Shown: piece after piece, positions 49,171 through 62,460 of the stretch | Position numbering within the stretch: the first letter of the stretch is position 1 | Layout: each line of letters begins with the position of its first letter | DNA from: Malacoraja senta | Lineage: Eukaryota | Length of the DNA: 64,000 bases | Direction: 5' to 3' | Assembly (NCBI GenBank): GCA_038087875.1 | Contig: CM075992.1 | Coordinates: forward strand, 10,480,001 to 10,544,000 | Program-made: the position numbers and the translations under genes | Notes under the pieces: model-generated | What the model was told of the DNA's origin: nothing | Seen by the model: the letters and a program-made list of their open reading frames with translations, nothing else | Database searches by the model: none

Positions 49171-52100
49171 TCAGAATGTTTATGTTATGGTCCGTGGACT
49201 AAGTGGGCTGCACGCAGTCCATCCTGGACCACAGTAGACAGCTGACTGACGACCCACAGTTCCATGGGCTCAGAGCGCACTGTTCCGACAGTCACATGCC
49301 GAATTTAAAGCAGGCAACCTGCAGTGACCTGAGAGCGAAAATGTGTTCGAGGAAGGCCCCGCAAAATCGGGCCCTTCTGCCCACCGTGTCTATGTCATTC
49401 AACTTATAATATTATCAGATTTCTGCACTTGGCACATTGCTTTACACACTTCGGTATAAGCAGCCTTCCAACCGAGATTAGCGGCATCAGAACGGCGGAG
49501 ACAACCCCAGCTAAGTCTGAATAAATATATATAGGATTGTTGCAGGGCTCAACTTTTTTTTCCCTCTGAAGGTATTAGGTCCATTGCTGCTAGTGGTTTA
49601 TAACAATGATGTCGATGAATAAATACAGGGCACGAATAATAAGTTTGCCTATCACACTAACGTAGGTGGTATCGTAGGAAGTGAAGATGGTTTAAGTATC
49701 TAGGTAAACTGTGCAAGTGGGCGAAGCTGCGACTTTATTCTACGACTGTACCATACGATGCTGTGACGGCATTCAAATCATTGTGTCCAGTATTGCTGAC
49801 CTTCCATAGAAAGGATTTCGTTAATCTGCAAATAATGCAACGCGCAGTTAGCAGAATGTTGCCAAGACGCGAGCATCTGAGCTACAAGGAAATGTTGGAA
49901 AGATAGAACTTTGTTTTTTGAAGTGCACGGAATTGAGATCTTAAAGACATGATAAATGATATACTTTCAAGCGTTACATTTTTCCAAGATATATGTATCA
50001 CGAAAGAGGACAAGGGTGTAGGGCGAGACGAGGAGCGATTTCGCAGAAAACAAAGAACTAAACTTTGCTCACAGTGGGTGAAGTTGTAGATGTATTAACC
50101 GGGACAGGTTCTTAACAACATTAAAAAACTGATGTGTACGTGAATCGTGTATATTCTTCACTATGGTCTATACATTGTTTTACCACGTTTATGCTTCCAT
50201 GGATCTACGGGCCAAGGGTACACTGTTCATCCATATTGGCTGGAATCCTCCGTTTACGGCACATGTTTCACCCAGAACATTTCCCTCAAACAGTAGAACT
50301 AACATTTGTGCCATTCATAAACAGAGCTCCAACCACCCGCGTCGAGATCCAAGTTACTATTGCATTTAAAGACGTGCGAAGGCAAACCCTTGCCTGAAAC
50401 CACTCGCCACTGTCTTCATATCTTTGTAATGAAGGAGGTTGATCGAATCCTAGAAATTACCTGGACCCCGGTATTATTAAGAAATTATTACCCCATTGCA
50501 GTGTGATTGTTTGTAAATTGTAGTTGGATGAGGGTAAATATGGTTAAATGTTGTTCAATTACAGCTGGGGTGCCGTGTTCTGACCGACTCGCCACACAGC
50601 TGGATTGCAAATGAATCAGAGGATCTAGAGTAGTTTTGCCACAATCTCCCCTGAAACTGACCATGTCAGTTATCAGGTGAGGTCGGATAGGCTACACCTA
50701 TTTGTGTCTATAGCAGTGGAAACCAAGAGGGATTTGGTAGTAGTGAGGAACATGACGTTTAATTACATTTTAGTAGGGTGTGCGAAGAGGGGTGTGAAAT
50801 AAGATCAAAGAAGAGGCCAAATCATTGTCGGCTCCTAATGGTGAGCCAAATGACATCCTTTGCGCACTCTTGTTCCATGGCTCTTTCTGTTTAATTTCTT
50901 TGTTTGAAACAGACTGGCAATACATCTGGAATCTGTAATCAATGGTATGGAACAAAACAAGCGGAAAACACGGAAAAGAATGCACAGCTTTGGACTCAAG
51001 CCCTTTGCGATTACAATGCAGGCTAAGCTGTATATATTGCAGTGTATTATCGTGAAACGTTCTGATTTTATTTTGGAACATGTGATTTATTAGGAAAAAC
51101 TCACGTGGTAATAATGACCCTATTGTTAATATTGTTGAGACAGTTAGACACGCCGGTCTCACAGCGCCTGGCGTCTGTGTGACGGGCTCTTCTCGGAATG
51201 GAGACCATGCACACATATTTATTGCTAAACAGTTCATGCCCGCCAAGCAAATCATGCTGGCTGTTGATTGTTATTCTAATGCCAATGACGAATAGTCAGG
51301 CTGACTGGCGCCTCCTGGAATACATCGACCACAACAGCATGTCACCCCAGCACCATCATCACGCCATGCCAGTCAAGACAAGGCAGTCTTTCTCGGTATA
51401 TATAGCGCAAAGTCTCCGATGAGATTCAACATTTTCTCGCATTCTGTGAGACTGAAAGGGAAGCGAAGATGAGAAACATGCTCCTGTTCCTCTTTGGAAT
51501 ATTGCTCCTGACTCATCCCTTCGCAGAAGGAATGAGCCCAGACAAGGGTGAGTAAATATTTTTTGTGAACACATACTCGAGATCGCTCATCGACAGCATT
51601 GGGAGAGTGCTGATTTAAAGCATCCACCTTTCTCGTTCTGCATTATTATTTTCAATGTTGGTGAGGTGATAAGTCAATGGCAAACCGACTTCACACCTCC
51701 CCAATTTGAATGGAGTAGTGTCAAATCGCGATGCTGTGCTGCAGCCGAATTCCCAGCTGTGAGTATGGTTTGCCACGCAAGAGCCGTCCATAAAACCAGT
51801 CAATGGTCTAGAAGACAGAAACAACTTACCTATTTCTGTCACATCTTTACCCCATTGTTTTTTAGTGCTGCTCAGGTATCGGACGTTCACGGCTTTACGA
51901 ACATATTTTATATGTCATCCCTATCACCCTCCCCTGATGAAAGTGCATACAAACAAAATATAAGTAATGCTTAGAAAGCTAAAATTGGGCAGGTTTTGTC
52001 GGGAAATTATGGAAGCAGGAAAGCCGTTTAACGGGATAGCGCGTTCGATATTCAGACTGCGCATCCCCAGGTCAAAGATCATTCTGCAAAAACATTTCCG

Positions 52101-53282
52101 GAAAGCAGTGGAGCAGTGGACCATTTAATACGTTATTTCCAGCTTTGATCCTTGTAGGTAAGACAAACTACGAAATTACAAGCTAAGATTATGTTGTTGT
52201 TTGTATTGTATCGATCACGGAGAAAACCCACGCAGGTCACGGGGAGAACGTAGAAATTCCCTACACCAGCACCCGTACTCGGGATAGAACCTGTGTCTCC
52301 GGCGCTGCATTCGATCTATGACAGCAACTCTACCGCTCTGCTACCGGGACCTGTCCCAAAGTATGTTCATGTCCTCGGGCTGTTTGAACTCAATCCAACT
52401 TTGGACTGAAGAGCTCTCTGAACATTGAAACCATATTTTCAAACATTCATACTCATACCTGAAAAATAAAAGCCATTGTACATTCATTTCCTCCAATGAC
52501 TGCCTGCCCTGTGTAGTGACGCCTATGCCTCATGTAGTGTTTGTCCTTTGGAACAATATGCGGCGCAAATCAAAGCTCAGATCTTCCCACATTTGGTACT
52601 ATGACCACTGCCATTCAGCTGACGATTTGCAACTGTCAGCGTCCCCTTGCAGAAGATGAGCTTTCCCATTTAATTCTAAAGTATCAGCACCGTTTGCCAC
52701 GAATTACAAATGGATGAGGCCTCAGTACTTGACCCTCAGACAGATCTACGACCATACGTTGCCAGCTAGAATTGACACGTATATCTCCAAACGATCCTCT
52801 CACTAGGTGAGATAATTCCCTCTTAAATTCCATCTGTCAACCTGCAACAGCACATTGCTTCATGCAGCCGTCCTTTCCTTCTGGCTTTAGTAAATACAGA
52901 CCTTCTAGAATTACTGGCTTGTACGGATGAGAGTGATGAAGAAGCTATTCGTCCTCGGGTTTCATGCCGATTGCCAATGCCCAAAATACGTTATTGAAAG
53001 CTTGCCTCGTTTTTCCCTGCATCTGTAAATAAAATTATCTACTGATCGTTCATTCTGCATTTATTTTGTGTCACACAGCACAGTGCAGACGGAAGAACGG
53101 AACTTGTTTGAAAAGTTGCACCAAGCGCTTGGTGGTGGTCGGAGATTGCGCCGGCGCGTTAAAATGTTGCGCAATACCAAAAGGGAAATGAATTGCTCGG
53201 CCGGGAATTCAATTTTATTTGGGTCTGGTATCAACTGACTCACAAGAACTACAGTTTGAAAAGCTGTATGAATAAATAATAG
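48367..53282. repeat. Copy 1 of a ~4.9-kb tandem segmental duplication
   Basis: Collinear with 53655-58529 (offset ~5.25-5.29 kb). Confidence 0.95.
52218..52347 (-). mobile_element. tRNA-derived V-SINE (HE1-like) 5' fragment; second copy at ~57460-57590
   Basis: Minus strand GGTAGCAGAGCGGTAGAGTTGCTG (A box), GGTTCTATCCC (B box), then V-domain TACGTTCTCCCCGTGACCTGCGTGGGTTTTCTCC. Confidence 0.8.
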
Positions 53283-53344
53283 TTGCATGAACACATCGTC
53301 GTTTCTCCCTACTTTTATTTTGAAGTGAACTACGTGAAAGAAAC

Positions 53345-53654
53345 TCTCCCTCCTCCTTCTCCTCCCCCTTCTCCTCCTTCTCCTTCTCCTTCTCCTTCTC
53401 CTTGTCCTTCTCCTTGTCCTTCTGCTTCTCCTCCTCCTCCTCCTCCTCCTCTCCTCCTCCTCCTCCTCCTCCTCCTCCTCCTCCTCCTCCTCCTTCTTCT
53501 TCTCCTCTCCTCCTCCTCCTCCTCCTCCTCCTCCTCCTCCTCCTCCTCCTCCTCCTCCTCCTCCAACTCCCCCCCCCTCCTCCTCCTCCACCTCCTCCTC
53601 CTCCTCCTCCTCCTCCTCCTCTTCCTCCTACTCCTCCTGCTCCTCCTCCCCCCG
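53345..53654. repeat. (CCT)n microsatellite at the duplication junction
   Basis: Direct reading. Confidence 0.95.
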
Positions 53655-56600
53655 GCAGGACATTTTAACTGTGATACGGAGTCACGCATAGCTCCTCTAA
53701 CCTCACCGACTGCAATATGTGCTCCCGGTGTGTCGTACCTTATACCAACCAGACGCAACCAAGATGAGGCAATGCTTTCGCTGAATACTGCCTAATGTCG
53801 AATACTAGCGCTCTGCCTTCCAAAGTTAGCTGGATAAGGTTGCGAGAAATTTGAAACCCATATCCATACCTACTTTGTTGTCCTTCGTTCAGTTAATTGC
53901 CAGAGTGTGGTCCCACTCACATTCGAGGAACATCACCTCATATTCCGCTTGGGTAATCTATAGCTTACCACATGGGTATTGTATTTTCCACTCATAACGA
54001 ATACATCATATTCATCGCTCTTTCCTTCCCATCCCCACTCTGAAGTACCTCCATTTCTCGCACTATCTCCCACTTCCCCTGCCTAGTACACACATCTCAC
54101 ATCCTTAAAACCCTAATTACTTTGTCTCACCTGTTTCCTTTCTGCTCTATCCCCTTCCACTAATATCACTATATTTCGTATTGCATTCCTCTTCTTTGTT
54201 ATCTGACACCATTTTATGTCTGTTGGCACTTGCTCTATCCCTTTGCCAATCTACCCCCTTATTTTTTTCCAGACATCATTTGCCGTGCTTTATCCCGTTG
54301 TCACTCTCTTTCCGAACTGTCTCCCCTTTTACAGAATTAGTGCGAAGGAAGGCCCCGAATAGATATATCGTCTGTCTTTTCCCTTCACCGTCTAGTTGAG
54401 TTCCTCCAGTCCTTTTTGTATTGCTCCCTCAGAATGTTTGTGTTATGGTCTGTGGACTAAATGGGCTGCACGCAGTGCATCCTGACCGCAGCAGACAGCT
54501 GACTGACGACCCACAGTTCCATGGTCTTAGAGCGCACTGTTCCTACTGCCAGATTTAAAGCAGGCAAGCTGCAGTGACATGAGAGCGAAAAGGTGTTCGA
54601 AGAAGGCCCCATAAAAACGAGCCCTTCTGCCCACCTTGTAAATGCCAATCAACGTATAATATTATCACATTTCTGCACTTGGCACGTTGCGTTACGCACT
54701 TTCGGTATAATCAGTCTTCCAACCGAGATTAGCGGCATGAGAACGGCGGAGACAACCCCAGCTAAGTCTGAATAAAAATATATAGGATTGTTGCAGGCTC
54801 ACTTTTCTTTCCTCTGAAGGTATTAGGTCCATTGCTGCTCGTGGTTTATAACAATGATTCGATGAATATATACAGGGTATGAATAATAAGTTTGGCTATC
54901 ACACTAAAGTAGGTGGTATCGTAGGAAGTGAAGGTAGTTTAAGTGTCTAGGTAAACTGTGCAGGTGGCGCGAAGCTGCGACGTTATTCTACGACTGTACC
55001 ATACGATCCTGTGACGGCATTCAAATCATTGTGTCCAGTATTGCTGACCTTCCATAGAAAGGATTTCGTTAATCTGCAAATAATGCAAAGCGCAGTTAGC
55101 AGAATGTTGCCAAGACGCGAGCATCTGAGCTACAAGGAAATGTTGGAAAGATAGAACTTTGTTTTTGAAGTGCACGAATTGAGATCTTAAAGACATGATA
55201 AATGATATACTTTCAAGCGTTACATTTTTCCAAGATATATGTATCACGAAAGAGGACAAGGGTGTAGGGCGAGACGAGGAGCGATTTCGCAGAAAACAAA
55301 GAACTAAACTTTGCTCACAGTGGGTGAAGTTGTAGATGTATTAACCGGGACAGGTTCTTAACAACATTAAAAAACTGATGTGTACGCGAATCGTGTATAT
55401 TCTTCACTATGTCTATACATTGTTTTACCACGTTTATGCTTCCATGGATCTACGGGCCAAGGGTACACTGTTCATCCATATTGCTGGAATCCTCCGTTTA
55501 CGGCACATGTTTCACCCAGAACATTTCCCTCAAACAGTAGAACTAACATTTGTGCCATTCATAAACAGAGCTCCAACCACCCGCGTCGAGATCCAAGTTA
55601 CTATTGCATTTAAAGACGTGCGAAGGCAAACCCTTGCCTGAAACCACTCGCCACTGTCTTCATATCTTTGTAATGAAGGAGGTTGATCGAAATCCTAGAA
55701 AGTACCTGGACCCCGGTATTATTAAGAAATTAATTACCCCATTGCAGTGTGATTGTTTGTAAATTGTAGTTGGATGAGGGTAAATATGGTTAAATGTTGT
55801 TCAATTACAGCTGGGGTGCCGTGTTCGGACCGACTCGCCACACAGCTGGATTGCAAATGAATCAGAGGATCTAGAGTAGTTTTGCCACAATCTCCCCTGA
55901 AAATGACCATGTCAGTTATCAGTTGAGGTCGGATAGGCTACACATATTTGTTTCTATTGCAGTGGAAACCAAGAGGATTTGGTAGAAGTGAGGAACATGA
56001 CAGGTTTTAATTACATTTTAGTAGAGTGTGCGAAGAGGGGTGGGAAATAAGATCAAGAAGAGGCCAAATCATTGTCGGCCAAATCATTGTGAGCAAAATG
56101 GCCTCCTTAGTGCACTCTTGTTCCATGGCTCTTTCTGTTTAATTTCTTTGTTTGAAATGGCAATACATCTGGAATCTGGAAACAATGGTATGGAACAAAA
56201 CAAGCGGAAAACACTGAAAAAATGCACAGCTTTGGACTCAAGCCCTTTGCGATTACAATGTAGGCTAAGCTGTATATATTGCAGTGTATTATAGTGAATC
56301 GTTCTGATTTTATTTTGGATCATGTGATTTATTAGGAAAAACTAACGTGGTAATATTAACCCTATTGTTAATATTGGTGAGACAGTTTCACAAGCCGGTC
56401 TCACAGCGCCCTGGCTTCCGTGTGATGGGCTCATCTCGGAATGGAGACCATGCACACATATTTATTGTTAAACAGTCATGCCTGCCAGGTAAATCATGCT
56501 GGCTATTGATTGTTCTTCTAACGCCAATGAGGAATAGTCAGACTGACTGGTGCCTCCTGAATACATCGACCACAACAGCACGTCACCCCAACACCATCAT

Positions 56601-58529
56601 CACACCATGCCAGTCAAGACAAGGCAGTCTTTCTCGGTATATATACAGCAAAGTCTCCGATTAGATTCAACATTTCCTCGCATTCTGTGAGATTGAAAGG
56701 GAAGCGAAGATGAGAAACATGCTCCTGTTCCTGTTGGGAATATTGCTCCTGACTCATCCCTTCGCAGAAGGAATGGACCCAGACAAGGGTGAGTAAATAT
56801 TTTTTTGTGCACACATACTCGAGTTCGCTCATCGACAGCATTGGGTGAGTGTAGATTTAAACTATCCACCTTCTCGTTCTGCATTATTATTTTCAATGTT
56901 GGCGAGGTGATAAGTCGATGGCAAACCGACTTCACACCTCGCCAATTTGAATGGAGGAGTATCAAATCGCGATGCTGTGCTGCAGCCGAATTCGCAGCTG
57001 TGAGTATGGTTTGCCACGCAAGAGCCGTCCATAAAGCCAGTCAATGGTCTAGAAGACAGAAACAACTTACCTATTTCTGTCACATCTTTACCCCATTGTT
57101 TTTTAGTGCTGCTCAGGTATCGGACGTTCACGCTTACGCGCATTTTTTTAATATGTTATCCCTATCACCCTCTCCTGATGAAAGTGCATACAGACAAAGC
57201 ATAAGTAATGCTTAGAAAGCTAACATTGGACAGGTTTTGTGGGGAAATTAATGAAACAGGAAAGCCGTTTAACGGGATAGCGCGTTCGATATTCAGACTG
57301 CGCATCCCCAGTGTCAAAGATCATTCTGCAAAAACATTGCCGGAAAGCAGTGGAGCAGTGGACCATTTAATACGACATTTCCAGCTTTGATTCTTGTAGG
57401 TAAGAAAAACTAACGAAATTACAAGCTAAGATTATGTTGTTGTTTGTATTGTATGGATCACGGAGAAAACCCACGTAGGTCACGGGGAGAACGTTCAAAT
57501 TTCGTACAGCAGCACCCGTACTCGGGGATAGAACCTTGGTCTCGGGCGCGGCATTCTATCTATGACAGAAACTCTACCGCTCTGCTACCGTGACCTGTCC
57601 CAAAGTATTTTCATGTGTTGGGGCTGTTAGAAATCAATCCGACCTTGGACTGAAGAGCTCTCTGAACATTGAAACCATATTTTCAAACATTCATACTCAT
57701 TACCTGAAAAATATAAGCCATTGTACATTCATTTTTCCCAATGACTGCCTGCCCTGTGTAGTGACCGCCTATGCCTCATTTAGCGTTTGTCCTTTGGAAC
57801 AATATGCGGCGCAAATCAAAGCTCAGATCTTCCCACATTTGGTACTATGACCACTGCCATTCAGCTGACGATTTGCAACTGTTAGCGGCCCCTTGCAGAA
57901 GATGAGCTCTCCCATTTAATTCTAAAGTATCAGCACCGTTTGCCACGAATTACACATGGATGAGGCCTCAGTACTTGACCCTCAGACAGATCTACGACTA
58001 TACGTTGCCAGCTAGGATTGACGCGCATATCTCCAAACGATCCTCTCACTAGGTGAGATAATTCCCTCTTAAATTCTATCTGTCAACCTGCAACATTACA
58101 TTGCTTCATGCAGCCGTTCTTTCCTTCTCGCTTTAGTAAATACAGACCGTCTACAATTACTGGCCTGTAAGGATGAGTGTGATGAAGAAGCTATTCGTCC
58201 TCGGGTTTCATGCCGATTGCCAATGCCCAAAATACGTTATTGAAAGCTTGCCTCGTTTTTTCCCTGCATCTGTAAATAAAATTATCTACTGATCGTTCAT
58301 TCTGCATTTATTTTGTGTCACACAGCACAGTGCAGACGGAAGAACGGAACTTGTTTGAAAAGTTGCACCCAGCGCTTGGTGGTGGTCGGAGATTGCTCCG
58401 GCGCGTTAAAATGTTGCGCAGTACCAAAAGGGAAATGAATTTCTCGGCGGGGCATTCAATTCATTTGGGTCTGGTATCAACCTGACTCACAAGAACTACA
58501 GTTTGAAAAGCTGTATGAATAAATAATAG
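53655..58529. repeat. Copy 2 of the ~4.9-kb duplication
   Basis: Collinear with 48367-53282. Confidence 0.95.
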
Positions 58530-58534
58530 GCTTC

Positions 58535-60060
58535 CCAAACATTGTGAACAATGTCCTCTATCTTGCTTGTCCAGTCCTTTCATAATTTAACTGTTTTTGT
58601 AAGATCCCCTCTCCTCCATCTAAATTGCAGTGAATACAAGCACATTATTTCCAATGTTTCCTCATATGACAGTCCCGCCTATGCGGGGATTAACCTCGTA
58701 AACCAATGCTGCACTACTTCAATAAGAAGGATTGTCCTCCTCAAATTGGGAAACCAAATTGCACACAATACTCCAGATACAGTCTCACCAGGGCTCTGTA
58801 CAAGTGCAGAAGGACTGCTTTTCTTCCTATACCCAATCCTCTCGTGATGGCGGCCAACATGCCATTAGCTTTCAATAGACAATAGACAAGAGGTGCACGA
58901 GTAGGCCTTTCGGCCCGTCGAGCCATCGCTTTCGTCATTGCTTGCTGTGCCTGTATGTTTACTTTTAATGATGGGTGCACAAGGACACACAGGTCTCGTG
59001 GCACTTCTTTTTCTCTCATGCGACACCATTGAGATAATGATCTGCATCCTTGTTCCTGCCGCCAAAGTGGATAAACTCACATTTATCTACATTATTAGAC
59101 TAAATGGTTCCCGTTGGGTCCCAGTCATACGGGAGGCCTGTTCCGCCAACGCAACCCGTTCCCCCAAAGCAATATTCCACAATATTCCCATCAGTCTATC
59201 CAATACTATTTCTCGCCGAATGTAATTTTCTTTCATTTCCTCTGTGTCCCTAGATCCTATGTCCACTGGTACATCTGGGAGATTACATAGAAACATAGAA
59301 ACATAGAAAATAGGCCAGTCGGCCCTTAGAGCCTGCACCGCCATTCAATATGATCATGGCTGATCATCAATTCTTCCTTAGTGAAGACAGAACCAAAGTC
59401 CCTGTTCAACACTTGTGCTATTTCCTTATTCCCCGTAATAATTGCACCTGTTTATGCTTCAAGGGACCCACATTTGTCTTTGCTAATCTTTTTTTATTGC
59501 ATACCGAAAGAAGCTATTAATATCTTTATTTAATTTTTGGCCAGCTTACTCTCGTACTCATCGTTTCACGCCGTATTGCCCTTTTTGATTTCTTATTTTG
59601 TACTTTGACATTTTCCCAATCCTCTGGCTTCCGCTACTCTATGCTATGATATACAATTTTTATTTTATTTATTCTATCCCAAACCTCCCTTGTTAGACAC
59701 GGTTGCCTCTTACTCCCTGATATTCTTACTTCCTCTTTGAATGAAATCATCCTACATCTTCTGGATTATGCGCAGAAGTTCCTGTCTTTGCTGTTCCATC
59801 GTCATTCCTGCTAGGATCCTTTTCCAGTGGACCTTGGCCAATCCGTCCCTCGTGCCTTCATCGTCCCCTTTGTTCAACAGCAACGCTGACAATTCTGATT
59901 TATCTTTCTCCCTCTCAAATTGCTGATTAAAACGTAACTATATTATGGTCACCAGCTCCTAGCGTTTCTATTACATTGAGTTCCCTTATTATATATGATT
60001 CATTGGACTAAACGAAATCCAGAATTAACTTTTCTCTGTTCGGCTCCAGTGCAAGATGAC
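58535..60060 (-). mobile_element. Decayed CR1-type LINE with nested fragments (Helitron-type end at 59095-59180, CR1 tail at 59286-59368)
   Basis: KANGMLA.ITRG...VLLHLYRALVRLYLEYCVQF and EVPRDLCVLVHPSLK. Confidence 0.75.
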
Positions 60061-60234
60061 CTAAGAATCACTGAAAAAAACACAAAAAATCTCCCCAATT
60101 GTTTACTTTCACAGCCAATCCACGCAATCAATCCTGCACCTGCCGCTCCTCTTGAAGGTATTTGTGCAAGCTGATCCCGACCGTTTCTTTTAATCACTCC
60201 TTCATCTGCCGCTCATCTGCCGACCTTGAAGATA

Positions 60235-62050
60235 CAATGTCCTCCATAATGTTTGAAATACAATACCATCATTTATTTATTCGCCTTTGGACTCCACAAA
60301 TTTAAAATTGTAACAGAAAATAAAATCACATTGGTTAAGTGCACATTATTAGATTTTATTAAAGGGTATTTTTACACATTACACCCCCACCCCATCCCAT
60401 TTAAGGGCATCATAACGTTTGGGACACATGGCTTCGCAGGTATTTGTACTTGCTTAGGAGTGTTTAATTGCCTCCTCAATGCAGCCATAAGAGAGTTCTC
60501 AGCACCTAATCTGTCCTCCAATCTTTCAATCACCTTTGGATATTTTCATTGCTGTTTGTCAAAATGAGGACCAAAGTTGTCCCAATGAAAGTCAAGGAGG
60601 ATATCATGAGACTGAGAAACACCAATAATACTGTTAGAGACATCAGCCAACATTTTGGTTTACCAAAATCAACTGTTTGGGACTTCATTAACAGTAAATA
60701 GACCACTGGTGATCTTACTAATCCCAAATGGACTGGCGGGCCAAGCAAGACCACCACAGCTGATGACAGAAGCATTTTCTCTATAATAAATTAAAACACA
60801 AACCAAATACCTGTCCCACAGATCAGAAACACATTTCAGGAGTAAGGTGTTGATTTTGCAATCATCAGTAACCAAATAACACTTCATAAACAGAAATATA
60901 GAGGCTACACTGCAAGACGCAAACCACAAAGCCGCAAAAATAGGATAGCCATGTTACCGTTTGCAACGAAGTACTTAAAAGAGCAACCACTGTTCTGGAA
61001 AAAAAAGGTTTGTGGACAGAGAATAATAATAATAATAATACATTTTATTTGTGGGCGCCTATACAAAAGTCTCAAGGACACCTTACAGAGTTTAACAAAG
61101 ACACAAATAGTCGGCGTAAAATAAGTTATAAAGACATTACCAATACACAAATGAAAGACAGAATTCAATCCAAAGACACAAAAAAGAAAATCAGAAAGAC
61201 AATGTGAGGAGAGAGCAGCGGCAGCTAAACCGCGCCAGAGAAGACGAAGTTTAACATATCAAAGTGATGGCAAGAGCAAAATACGGAGGAGAGAATAAAC
61301 TGCCCAAGATTCAAAGCATACCACCACATCTGTGAATCATGGTGGTGGTGGCGTTATAGCCTGAGCATGCATGGCTGCTGTAGGTATTAGCTAACTTATC
61401 TTTATTGATTATACGACTGCAGGTGGTAGTAGCACAATGAATTCAGAAGTGTACAGACAAATCCTATCTGATCAAGTTCAATCAATTGCCTCAACTCATT
61501 GGCCGGCGGTTCATTCTACGGCAAGACAATGATCTGAAACATACTGCTAAAGCAACAAAGTAGATTTTCAAAGCCTAAAAATGGTCAATTCTTGAGTGCC
61601 CAAGTCAATCACCCGATCTGAACCCGTTTTGTATGCTGAAGAGAAAACTGAAGGGGATTAGCCCCTAAAGCAAGCATAAATTGAAGGTTGCTGCTATAGA
61701 AGTCTGGCAGAGCATCACCAGATAAGTCACCCGGCTATTGGTATGTGGATGAATCGCAGACTTCAAGGAGTCATCACATGCAAAAGATATGCAACAAAAT
61801 ACTAGACATGACTACTTTCATTAACATGACATTGCTGTGTCCCAAACATTATGGTTCCGTGAAATGGGGGACTAGGTATTTGTAATTCCTACATTGTAAA
61901 TTCAAAATGATTAAAAATGGCCTTTATTAAAATCTGGCAAATGTGCACTCTAATCACGTGATTTATTTCTATTACTTATCTCAAATTCTGGACTACAGAG
62001 GCAAATAAATAAATGATAAGTCTTTGGCCCAAATATTATGGAGCTCACTG
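60235..62050 (+). mobile_element. Tc1-family DNA transposon, IR/DR type, dead
   Basis: TA flanks (60233-60234 and 62051-62052); termini CAATGTCCTCCATAATGTTTG and CAAATATTATGGAGCTCACTG; inner repeats at ~60411 and ~61838. Transposase remnant from ATG 60564: LPKSTVWDFI, TGGPSKTT, SVNHGGGGVI, QDNDLKH, PSQSPDLNP. Confidence 0.92.
61022..61237 (-). mobile_element. Short retroposon tail inserted in the Tc1 transposase
   Basis: (AAT)n tail; CAGAGAA repeated on both sides, at the WT(D/E)E motif position. Confidence 0.65.
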
Positions 62051-62052
62051 TA

Positions 62053-62460
62053 CCTGTTGCAGTCTGGCCCCGACCGGTTATTGAATCACCCGATCCCGAA
62101 AAAAAAAGAAAAACTTCCCAAGAGATTACCCTCTCAGCCAATCACCATACTCCCTCCTTAACATGTCGCTCCGCTGACGACCTTGAAGGTATGTTTTGGA
62201 GGATGGCTTCCACCGGTTCTTCAATCACCCGCTCCTGAAAACACATTGAAAAACTCAAAGATATTTGCTTCTCAGCCAATCCCCATACTCTCTCCCCATT
62301 CACATGCCTCTCCTCTGTCACCCTTGAAGGCATCTCTAACCGGTTGGCCCCGACCGGTTTTTAAATCATCCGCTCCTGAAAAAAACTCCCCGAGATTACC
62401 TTGTTAGCCCATTCCCGCACTCACTCCTTCACCCGCCGCTCCTCTGTCGACCTTGAACAT
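62053..62460. repeat. ~120-140-bp degenerate minisatellite with CCAAT motif (continues at ~60060-60232)
   Basis: Recurring CCGACCGGTT...AATCACCCG.TCC.GAAAA...AGCCAATC...GACCTTGAAGG units on both sides of the Tc1. Confidence 0.7.

Noticed and set aside
52218..52347. tRNA gene
   Set aside because: The A/B boxes run into a V-SINE body; this is a decayed SINE head.
53060..53260. Antigen-receptor J segment (FGSGINLT) with CACAGTG heptamer
   Set aside because: The heptamer is ~130 bp from the FGxG motif, there is no proper nonamer at 12- or 23-bp spacing, no splice donor follows, and the frame differs between the two duplicate copies.
53061..53795. Poly-E/G/R/P/S/L ORFs
   Set aside because: Translations of the (CCT)n microsatellite.
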